A stretch of DNA of 18,669 bases from Azolla caroliniana. Its lineage: Eukaryota; Plantae; Polypodiophyta. The notes below the pieces were generated by a model, which did no database searches, was not told the DNA's origin, and saw only the letters and a program-made list of their open reading frames with translations. Within the stretch, counting starts at the first letter, position 1; every line of letters begins with the position of its first letter. This document shows positions 1 to 9,996 of this stretch, piece by piece. A program made the position numbers and the translations under genes. The stretch is taken from positions 1 through 18,669 of the forward strand of contig JBHGNT010000638.1 of assembly GCA_043228905.1 (NCBI GenBank). The letters run 5' to 3'.

Positions 1-2500
1 TATGAAAGATAGCGCTTTCTGAGGTATTGATGAGCTCAATGCTCGAGAGGAGCTCTTAAAAATTTGCGATACTACGAGTCAGGTCCGAGATCACCTGCTG
101 ATCACACATCATATCTTTCGTACGCCGAGCGGTATTGAGACACACCTGACAACGTTGCTTATGATGTAACTCATTCGACGTTTTGGATTGACGAACCGAG
201 CATAGACTTCGTGAGCCAGGCCAAGTTGAATTGAAATACTCAGGATTGCATCGTGACGGCGAAGTATTCATGAATCTGTGCTCTTCACCATAACCTTCCG
301 TTGCTAGTATCTTTCAAAAAGAGGGCATCAGGGAAGCTCAAGAAGTTCTGCCTACTGGCTAAGCAACATCCACTGGGCTGATTACTACCTTGGTAGATAC
401 GCGACTCAGCTCAATATTCGCTTCGACTCCCTTGCACCGTATCATCATTTGGCTTCGCATTACTGCAAGAGGAAAACGCTGAACAAAGTGACACGTCAGC
501 CTCCGTCGCCAGGCGCGTGGCGGATGAAACTTTACGAGCACGATGAGGGAATTATGCATAGAGACACGATCCCTTTCCATCTTTCACATCTCGTTTATGT
601 CGTATCCGGCGAGGCTCCCATAAACCGGCGCGCTCACAGGATCTTCATCCCGGATGCGCTCCGTATGTATTGCGGACACCTCCTCTCGTTTTCTGACGAG
701 AAGACATCATCCACTATTATATCTGCTAAAACCTTTACAAGTATCCTGTTGATTGACACCTAATTCGTGAGCTAATGGTTGCAAAAGCACTCAATACCCT
801 TGTCATTTCGACCATGCAGCCTTCCAGTCTTCTTATCACCGGTCTGGCAATCGCAGGGCAGCTGAGGCGTGTAAACTCTGGATCGAACAATATATTCAAG
901 GCAAACATATCGTCGAATCCACCATCAAATGCTGCGACCAGCTGAATATTCCACGTCCCTTCTCCGATGATTGCCCGGCTTCCGAGATCCCATAGAAGTC
1001 CGACAACTATTTTGCTTTCTATAGATGTTGCAACAGAGAGGTTCTATACACTGATTGCAGTGGTACATGATTTCCATGAGATTCCAATTCTGGTGCAGAA
1101 AAATAAAAGCCATTCATATAAGCCAAGTTTTGTGCCGCCACTTCGTCCACATCTTTCTTCTACTCAAGTCCCTGTCCGATTTTTCTCGTAAGTTCATGCT
1201 ATGTTTCTCATAGGAACAAACAAACCTGCGACTAACTAGATAAAATATCTTTCAACCACAGTAATGAATCCTTGCAACATCTCTCCTGTCGCTCGCGCGA
1301 TCTTTGGGACTGCCGAGCCCTGCAAATGCAAGACCGAAACGGACGGCGCTGGCTCCAAGCGTGTGGTGGACACCAGTGGGCATTCAAAAATTGGACTGTT
1401 CCCTCTTCGCTTTGCATCGAGGTTGAACTTCAGAGGTCAACAGCAAACAGAATATCTTGAAAACCAAGCAGTAGTAAAAGATGAACAAGAGAAAAACCAA
1501 GTGTCGCTGGCTCCCAGAATAGCCTGCTTGCAGGCTACCGGAAACTATGCGCCCTGAAAGTTATTGACGATTTGAACTGAATATGATCTGATACTTCACT
1601 ATCACTATGAAAATGACCAAAACTGAGCGCACGAAGCGAGGTCAAAGGGAATCAATTTAAAGCAATTCTAACTTCGCGGTTGACTTGCCGCGTAGTGTCA
1701 AGTCTGGAGTACGAAAGAATCTTCAGCAGTTATCTGGTTGTTCCGCAAAAGCTCAAACTGGATCACACCATTCGTATTGCAAACAAGGACCTCAAAGAGA
1801 AACACGTGCCCGGGGCGCATTCGAGCAATGACATGACCACTAACGCAATCGTTGTTCGTCACCCTACGTCTGCATATTGAAATGTCTCCCACGCGCGTTT
1901 GTATTCAAGGCAAAAAAATAATAGAGAATCTTGAGCCGAGCAGTGCTCGGGCAGGGTATCGGTAAACGGCCAGAGTAGCCGAGTCGGAGGTGGCAACCAT
2001 TCCTGCGATTGTGTTCGTGGTATTGGGTTATTATGAGTGAGAGAAACTATCAAAATGAATTTGGAGTAAAGAGTTCTTCTCCTTCAAGGATAATTATCCG
2101 CTTATACACAGCTGGGTCAGTAAATCCTTCCACCTGATCACATCTCTTGTGTTTGTGTTCCTTTGTTGCGAACATCTCGCTGTGACATTTCAGTGAAGTT
2201 TTGATCAAAAGGAGACCCTATTTCACTGAAAGAAGCATTTGAAGGCAATTTGAAGACCAAAAAAAAGCCTGGTTGGTCGTAATCGCATGAGAAACAATCA
2301 ATAAGTGACTGAATGCTTCGACAGAAAGCTTCCTAAGTCTCTGAATTTCTCAGCGCGGCCCCCAGGGAAACTCGTGAATAGATCGTAAAAACCGATGTCC
2401 AAACTCTTTCTGGTTGCTCTGCCGATACAAATCTTTTGCACGTCGCTTTTCATATGTTCTTCAAAGAATGAGGAAACATGTCCCTTCAATGTTGAAGAAG

Positions 2501-2510
2501 GTCACGTGAC
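2501..2510. promoter_or_regulatory. Perfect palindrome GTCACGTGAC (Cbf1-type bHLH E-box) upstream of the PGDH gene
   Basis: Exact 10-bp palindrome ~575 bp upstream of ATG 3086. A TGACTC (Gcn4/CpcA-like) site lies at 2804-2809. Function is inferred. Confidence 0.25.
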
Positions 2511-3085
2511 ATCAACCATCAACCCTCTGGTCGTCTCAATACCATGATCGTCATCCCTACTTCGTACCACGCTTCTGCCTTATGAACAGCTTTCACTTGT
2601 GTCGTCGGCGAACAGCCCATCCGCGACTTTCGTAATACAACCTTTGACACCTCCCGCATTCTTCTGGGATGACATTCGTGGGGGCATAGCCAGTCGGAAC
2701 GTTGGGCGTCCTCCCGCACCCTCCATCAGCTCGCGAACCCCTCACTTCCACAACTCAAAATGCCGTCACTGTATTGCAGCAGTCCGACCCTCTGATGCGA
2801 CCTTGACTCCCGATTCCAGTATCAGTGAATAAGCTGCCTTACAAACCGCAGTGTGCATCGCGCATGAGTGAATGAAAAGGACGACACCTCTATGGTGACG
2901 GGACGCTGCAGCTTGCACACCCTCAAGTGGCTGAGCTGGGGGTCACACAATTGAGCTGGAGAACATATTGACTGTAAAGTCAAAACTTGAAGACTTTCAT
3001 CTCCTCCGGCTTTTTCAGCTTTACCCAAACATTCGCCAACCTTCTGTATTAGATTTGTCAATTGTCCCATCCAAGGAAAACCAAC

Positions 3086-4862
3086 ATGTCTCGTCCTCGA
3101 ATTCTTGGTAGGTTAAAAACCCCCACTGACTAGGCCTACTTCTGACTATGCAAGTCCCCGAGAAGGTGTCTCCTGAAGGTCTCGCTTTGCTTGCGCCTGA
3201 CTTTGAGGTGGACAGCCGCATTGGACTCAACCCTGAAGAGCTCTTGAAGGCGATCCCAGACTTTGATGCTCTCATCGTTCGATCGAGACCAAAGTCACAA
3301 AAGAAGTGCTGAAAGCTGGGAGAAACCTGAAGGTCGTTGCGCGAGCAGGGGTGGGTGTCGACAATGTAGACGTCGCCGCTGCTACGCAGCAAGGTATCAT
3401 CGTGGTCAATTCACCAGCTGGGTACTATTCACGTGCGCTGTTCGCGACTTTAAGAGCTGACAAAGTGAAGAAATATCCTTGCGGCCGCGGAACATACCAT
3501 CGCGCTTATTTTTGCAACTGCCAGGCATGTCAGTCGCGCGGACGCGTCTCTCAAAGCCTCCCTCTGGCAGCGATCCGCTCTTGTCGGTACCGAAGTCTCG
3601 AAAAAGACATTGGGCATCGTAGGCTTGGGAAAAGTCGGACTCAACGTCGCGCGGATGGCCAAAGGTCTCGGAATGGTCGTCGTGGCTGTTGATCCCTATG
3701 CCAGTCCGGACATTGCGAGGCAGGCTGGAGTCGAGCTGATCGGCTCCTTGAATGAGATGCTTCCTGTGGTCGATTTCCTGACGATCCACACTCCTCTACT
3801 AGCTACGACAATTGATTTGGTCGGAGAAAAGGAGCTCAAGAGATGAAGCGAGGAGCAAGGGTCATCAACGTCGCCAGAGGAGGGGTGTACAATGAAGCAG
3901 CACTTCTCAAAGCGCTGAACGAGGGCTGGATCGCCGGAGCGGGAATCGATGTGTTCACCAGCGAGCCCATCAAAGACGGCTCCCCAGCCAGCGAGCTGGT
4001 CAAGCACCCAAATGTCGTCGCTACACCTCACCTCGGCGCCTCGACCAAGGAGGCGCAGGAGAACGTGTCGCTTGACGTCTGCGCGCAGGTCAAGGCTATC
4101 CTCCACGGGGAACCGCCCAGCGCCGCGGTCAACGCACCGATCATCATGCCAGAGGAGCATCGCAAGTTGCAGCCCTCGGTAGTCCTCATCGAGAAGATGG
4201 GATTGCTCTACGCCCAGCACTTTGTGGGAGCCAAGGGCGGCATGATGGGCGGGCGCACCTTCGACCTGCGTTACCACGGCGAACTTGCGTCGGTCAGCAG
4301 CACGAAGCCGCTTTTCGCAGCTTTGGTCAAGGGCCTGGTGTCGTCATTCAGCGACGCACACATCAATATTGTGAACGCAGCGCTGATTGCCAAAGAAAAA
4401 GGCATCACTATCAACGAGACCCGCTCGCAGGATACAAAGGCCTATGCCAATCTCGTTTCACTCCGAGCCTACTCGGAGGAGGAAGCCACGTCGAAGAAGG
4501 CGCACCAGGTGATCGAGGGGTATTCTGTAGGTAAGAGGGCTTACATCAGCAAGCTTGACCGATTCAATGGGCATTTCTCGCCCGAGGGGAACCTGGTGCT
4601 CGTGCATAACTATGATCAGCCTGGTAAGATTGGCGGCGTTGGTATGGTTCTAGGGAGTCACGGTGTGAATATCCGGTCTATGTACGTCGCGAGTTTGGAA
4701 GAGGGGGCAGAGGAGACGAATGGTAATCGTCCCGAAGATGGAGTCGAGGCGTTGATGATTCTAGGCGTTCAGGCACGTGACGAAGGTGAGATTGGAAAGG
4801 AGGTGCTGGATGAGTTGAGAAAATCAGAGGGAGTCTTGGACGTTAGCTTGGTCAAGCTTTGA
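3086..4862 (+). CDS. serA: D-3-phosphoglycerate dehydrogenase, type I architecture (substrate- and NAD-binding domains, ASB-like region, C-terminal ACT domain). About 560 aa after splicing and repairing two frameshifts.
   Basis: Reconstructed as ATG3086 [20 protein letters not shown]...ALIVRS[fs]ETKVT...[13 protein letters not shown]...[15 protein letters not shown]...[10 protein letters not shown] (Rossmann)...VDPY...TIHTPL...[fs][14 protein letters not shown]...DVFTSEP...ATPHLGAST...[23 protein letters not shown] (ACT). Stop is TGA 4860-4862. Introns at 3108-3154 and 3422-3470. One base is missing near 3285 and one near 3841. Confidence 0.93.
3108..3154 (+). other. Intron 1 of the PGDH gene (47 nt)
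   Basis: Donor GTAGGT, branch CTGAC (3142-3146), acceptor AAG. Removal joins RIL-V-PEKVS in frame. Confidence 0.85.
3422..3470 (+). other. Intron 2 of the PGDH gene (49 nt)
   Basis: Donor GTACTA, branch GCTGAC (~3456-3461), acceptor AAG. Removal restores the conserved [14 protein letters not shown] segment. Confidence 0.88.
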
Positions 4863-5258
4863 TGCTGACAGGTACGAGCTGGAATTGAACGCACTTTCTT
4901 GGTCAAACAGCTTCCTAATGCTCAATCAGGCATATGAATTGTTAATTGAGCAGATTCTTCGGCTTGAAACGCTTGGCTGCGCAGAGAAAGCCGCCTTGTA
5001 GCGGGGTCGGATTGCGCGTCACCTTGCCACCTCGGGGCTTTTATGGGGCCACGCCGCCTGCGCGCGAATCCCTGCTGCTAGAAATCGCGAGAAATCGGAT
5101 AGTATGGTGATAGAGGAGAACAATTATCGAGCAACGTCACGTGGGTTGCATGGGTCATGTTGCGTCGGAGAAGTGGGGCCGAGCGTCCGGCCGGGACGGC
5201 GAAGACGCATCGATTCGGGCACGAACAACATGTGGATCGATCCCGAATCAATGCCCAC

Positions 5259-5287
5259 CGACTACCCCTCGACTACCCCCCGACTAC
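5259..5287. repeat. 11-bp tandem minisatellite (CGACTACCCCY, ~2.6 copies)
   Basis: cgactacccct cgactaccccc cgactac. Confidence 0.7.
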
Positions 5288-5991
5288 GAATCGCCTAGGA
5301 ATAAAATGGGATGGAAAATTGATCAACTGCCAATCGATTGCTCGTTAACGATATTCTACTTTTTCGGCGAAGCATCAAAGAACAATCAGTGAACAATCAA
5401 CGAGCGACGACGATAGACTGCTTGTCTGCAAATAACGAGCAGTCATGTACATATTTGAAAGTTCCAGTGATCAAAATTCAGTACCCTGGTATGAATTTTC
5501 CTGTCGTTTCTGCCAAGGTCGGCCAGCCTCTTTCGCATTTTGTGAGACCCTTATCCATCCACTTGACTGACTGCCATCGTACCAGTGCGGTAATAGATGC
5601 TGTCCTGATTGTGAACGCAGGGAAAGAACAACTTGAAATCCTCTCAAGGTGCTATGCTGGGCTCTTGAAGAAGACGTAGAGCGTGCAAGCTCTCGGCAGG
5701 TTGAAAATCATGCGGCCAACGGAGTGCTCCAATGCTCTGCATCAAGTACGCAACTTGAACCGGACTTCAAGACTGCGCTCGGTCATCGATGAAGCAGTTG
5801 AAGTTGGATTTGCTGCACAAAGTGCGCAATACGAAGACTTGATGTTTTGCCAGACACTGAAGCAACATCCCAATAAATGATTCTAAACAACCAACCGGTA
5901 ACTGCCCGTGAGAATAATCAACATGTGCGAAAGTTTCTCGTTCGTCACAAATATTTTAAGAGAATCTGATTTCATAGGCCAGGGCATTGAG

Positions 5992-5997
5992 ACGCGT
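5992..5997. promoter_or_regulatory. MCB-like element ACGCGT upstream of member 1
   Basis: Exact hexamer ~220 bp upstream of ATG 6217, followed by AAAACAAA and a second CGCGT. Function is inferred. Confidence 0.35.
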
Positions 5998-6153
5998 AGC
6001 AAAACAAACTCGAGCCGCGTTGTGCCAGTTTGGTTTCCCATCTCCAGCGGGCTGCACTCTCCACCCTGCTTCCCTCATTTCCCTTCTTTTCCCACAGTTT
6101 TCAAATAGCATCTCGACAACACGCACATTCCCAGAGAGTAGCTCGCATCAAAG

Positions 6154-6208
6154 GTATGATATCAGATTCTTTCACATTTCATTAATATTTACTCACACTA
6201 AAAAAAAG
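6154..6208 (+). other. Probable 5'-UTR intron of member 1 (55 nt)
   Basis: AAG|GTATGA donor, AT-rich body, ACTCAC/CTAA branch-like motif, and an AG acceptor 8 nt before the ATG. Confidence 0.5.
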
Positions 6209-6216
6209 CCGCTGCC

Positions 6217-7257
6217 ATGTCTGAAGCTCGGAAGCGGTCGGCATCGCCTGACCTCTTCGTTTCGCCCAGAGAGAGACCTCCCCGACCCTACAACTTTCCC
6301 TACTTCTCCCTCATCCCCAGTTCTCCTGTGAAGAAGCCTCAGACATACGATATCATGGTTGCGCCCACTCCCATCGAGGACTCGTCCCGTGCCGATATTC
6401 GCCCTGGGCTGGAGAAGCTCGCTCGCCGCTTTCCCAGCATTACGCTCTTCACTCTCCGCTTCAACAAGTGGTACGACGAACAAAAACAGCACATGCCTGC
6501 AGATGAGGCCCAAAACCTCGTCAATCTCCTTCCAGTCTTGGAGAGCGGCTTTGCTGGCAAAATCTCAAATAAGGTTTATCGTCACCCTCTCGGAAGTAAA
6601 GATTATATTGCGGATCCCGCCTTCGGTCAGGTCTGCATTCTGGGATTTATCTTTGGCATCGACAAGCTGAAGAACACAACTTGGTGGAAGAGGTTCACGG
6701 CCAAGTACAATGTGCCCGATTGGTTTCCCGAGCAGGATCCTGATCTCAAGGGAATGCTTCACGAAGATGAGCCCAGAAAGTCAAAGGAGTTCCTCTCGAC
6801 TCAGGACGCCTTCTCGTCAGAGGAGGGAGCTGATGGTGGCTGGAACCAATGGCAAGAGAAGCGCGTTCAGCCTGAGCGTGCGCCGAGACCTGAGTACAAT
6901 GTCAAAGCCGCATTCAGACAGGTTTTCGAGGCCGAACCTGACGACCGCACAGAGCCAAAACCAGCTTCGCATAAACCTGCATTGGCTTAGCAAGCTTTTG
7001 ACAACAATGCAGTCAAAAAGCCGTCTCCGGAGATCCCGGATTCCACGGCTGTGTCGCCCTCGGACGAAGAAGACAACAGCGTCCTGAAGCGCTACTTGGA
7101 CCTCAAGCCTCTTGCCAAAAGGCCCAAAACTGAGAGATCTGCCTTCGCTGGCGCTCAAGTCAAGGCCCTGGAGGATGTGGGCAACATGATGGCGGTCACC
7201 CTGAAGAAGCTGGGAAGAATCGAGGAAGCGATGGTGGGGATCATGGAGAGGATGTGA
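6217..7257 (+). CDS. Uncharacterised family member 1 (WFPxQ N-terminal domain plus short C-terminal helix). An in-frame TAG at 6988-6990 interrupts a ~346-codon frame.
   Basis: Good start context gccATG. Domain reads YDIMVAP..SRADIRP..WYDEQKQHMPADEA..HPL..FGQVCILGFIFG..WWKRFTAKYNVPDWFPEQ. The frame continues past the TAG without another stop to TGA 7255-7257 (...LGRIEEAMVGIMERM). Confidence 0.8.
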
Positions 7258-7677
7258 ACAAATTTGTGTGTTCAGAAAAATTGGACGTATGCAGGACGAA
7301 GGTTGGACATATCAACGGCCGATAAATACGAAGGACGATACCAGTGAGGATATGAAAACGACGATCTGTTTGTAATGCGTTTGAGGGTCAGACTGGGTAT
7401 TCACATGTACTATAGATTCACAGAACCTTGGGCATGCTTCCCGTTCCCCATTGGAGACTGGCGTGGTGAACAGTGAGCGAATATGTAAGAAGTGGGTGTT
7501 AATGAAACAAATGAGACTGAATTCTTTCGTTTGCATGATATGCAAGCTTTGCATTCCTTACAAACTGCGAAAATCATGCAGCTTCCCTTTGGCTGTCTGT
7601 TTGTGCATAATCATCCACCTCAAGCGACCCAGACATACGGTGAAGATTATCACATACCACTCCAAAGGGCAAAATTG

Positions 7678-9190
7678 CTACCTCCAGATACTTCTGTTCG
7701 ACCAGCCCGAGGAACCCCAGGGAGGCGTTCCAGCTCTCTTGTTCTCCAATATCTCAACGTGCTCACGCAACCGCCTGATTTGGGCGATCGCATCATTCAA
7801 AGCAAGCCGATTTTCTATAACCGTGGTCCGCAGCTCCGAATTCTCGCGTTGTAAATTTCTCGCACCTTCCGCATCACTCACAGCAGCCTTCACTTCCTGC
7901 CGAATAAGCTCGCTGATTTTGGCCCTCAGTTGTTCATCCAAGGTTCCTTCTGTGGCGGCCTTGACAGCTTCCTCGAGGCTTCGCTTCATCGACGTATTGA
8001 TTTCCTCTTTCATCACATCGACTTCCTCTCGAAGTGCTTTCTTCATCTCGTCGCGAGCCTTTCGGTGAGCCTGCTGCGTCATTGCCGCGATGGCCTGCTT
8101 CATATCATCCCTCATAGCATTGACGTGCCTTTGAAGACGTGCTACCACAGCTTCTTGTCTTTCGATACGCTTTTCCACACCCCATTCTTTTCCGAGAGTC
8201 GCGAAGCGGTTAGTTACCATCAGAGAATCCGGGATAGATGCTTCTGTGCTTTGGAGGACGGTCTCACCAACCGGTGCCGGAGTGGACGCGCTTGTCTTCT
8301 TCACTTTCGACGGACTCGCGGTGGTATTTGTGGATGCTGCATTCTTTCGCGGTGATTTTCGGGCTTTCTTCGCAGGTGATGGTCTCTCCACGGGCTCTGA
8401 AGATAATTTCAGAGCTGCGGGGACTTGTGCACGACTGGGCACTCTCTCCAACTCATGCCTGAAGAAGGAGAGAGGCTTGACGTGATATGAAGGTATGGGA
8501 CCTCGCCTCGGCCTTGTGCGCTGTTCAATTCCTCGAGAAGGAGAGGTAAGAACCTCGGTTCCCTTTGTGTTTGTTGCTTGCTCTCTGGGCACAGAAGCCA
8601 CAGGATAGTTTAGCCCTGGAGCACCGTTGACAAGATAGTCTTTGATGGCAGGGAGTTGGTCCGGGAACCATGTCGGTACCTTATACAGAGGAGGAAAATA
8701 CCGGCCACCATATCGTTGTTTCCAATGCTTCTCGCCCGAAGAGTGTGCTCAAAACGCACGCTTTCCCTAACCTCGGTAGCGTCGTGGTATTCTCCTGACT
8801 CAAGCAATGCCAATTCAGACCTCTCTTCAGTGTGAGCTCTAATCCCACATGCAGTATCTCTAATGCATCCAAGAAAATGCGGGCTTCTGGTCTCCTCATA
8901 TCCAACTTGTGCGCCTCGTAGAATTGGCGGAAAAAGTCCTTCAACTGCTGTATCAAGGCTCCATCGCTGGGTAAATGGGCCAGGTAAGGCTCGATCTTAG
9001 GACGGTCTGCGTCAACTCCAAGCACAGTATCTTGCGCGGCGCTGCCATAGGTGCCCTCCTCAATTATTTTCGTGTTCTCGGGACAATTGTTGTTGACTCT
9101 AGTTGCCTGCCGGTCTCGACGAGATTGACTTAGAGGCACGTCGGAGCTGTCCGCGCTGGAAGAGCGAGCTCGCTTTTGACCCGGACTCAT
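7678..9190 (-). CDS. Uncharacterised family member 2, ~503 aa with one extra-base frameshift near 8695-8698 and a long C-terminal coiled coil
   Basis: ORF 9190-8681 has DRPKIEP..FYEAHKLDMRRPEA..LGKACVLSTLFG..WWPVF. Removing one base gives LYKVPTWFPDQLPAIKDYL, which runs in frame into ORF 8601-7678 (PAKKARKSPRK, then a heptad-rich tail). Confidence 0.8.
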
Positions 9191-9498
9191 TGTATGCTCA
9201 AGAAAGTCTTATCACAGCTGATCTTTTCCCTGTAGGGCGTCAGCTTTATTCCAAGGTTGAGTCACAGAAGCAGAGTTCGAACCGCACATTGCCGGTTTAG
9301 TTTGAGAAGAGTCAAGACGCCATGGGTACGCTGAGTTGTATGAATATCGTCGCGGTCTTAAGATATTCAGGAGAGCTCATGAGAACGATCACTTAGGGCT
9401 TGATGGTTCAGAACACCTCTTGAACTGTTTAGATCCAAATAAGACAAACGGGGGAAAACACGCAAGCTGGAAAATAACAAGACGCTCGTGGTCGTTCC

Positions 9499-9504
9499 AC
9501 GCGT
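9499..9504. promoter_or_regulatory. MCB-like element ACGCGT upstream of member 2
   Basis: Exact hexamer ~310 bp upstream of ATG 9190 (minus-strand gene). Function is inferred. Confidence 0.3.
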
Positions 9505-9996
9505 ATACCATCGAGCGTGTGACTTCAGAAACAAAACAACGAAATTTCAGGGTCCCGGCAGCTGTCATGACTGTATAAACAGCTGGTAGAAGGGGGCCTC
9601 GCAGATGGAATCAGATGGAAGATCAACCTTTAGGGCCGTAGGGCCTCGATTCCTCGCCTTTATCATGCTGCAAGTCAAGCTCTTGTGATTCTAGAGCTTG
9701 ATTCAATGATCAGTAATCCCTCGGGCAGTACACAGGCTTTAGCTATCTCAGCTAATCTTGGTTTCGCCTGCGTTGGGAAAAGATCTTGTCAGGTTGAAAA
9801 CATATCCAACTGGAAATCCCGCCGCTTTTTGCAGCAGTAACTTTGAATTTCTATCCGCTGCACAGTTTCAGTCCAAAACCTTTCAGTAGGTTAGAGTGAT
9901 CCCTTCGTCCTCCAATGTCTCTGTTCTATCAATCCGCTCGTCTTTGAACTCTGGCGCACAAAACTGAGGTCCATCCCACAATGATTCTCGAATGCT

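Noticed and set aside
1000-3000. Short ORFs of 60-97 aa upstream of PGDH
   Set aside because: Lengths are consistent with chance, with no motifs or coherent exon structure.
3406-4277. Minus-strand ORFs of 127 and 193 aa
   Set aside because: They are antisense to the well-supported PGDH frame.
7451-8485. Plus-strand ORFs of 205, 141 and 79 aa
   Set aside because: They are antisense shadows of the member 2 coiled-coil region and have no independent motifs.
8690-8700. Programmed +1 ribosomal frameshifting at the TTTT sites
   Set aside because: The shifts fall at non-homologous positions in different paralogues and go in both directions. Homopolymer error or mutation is simpler.
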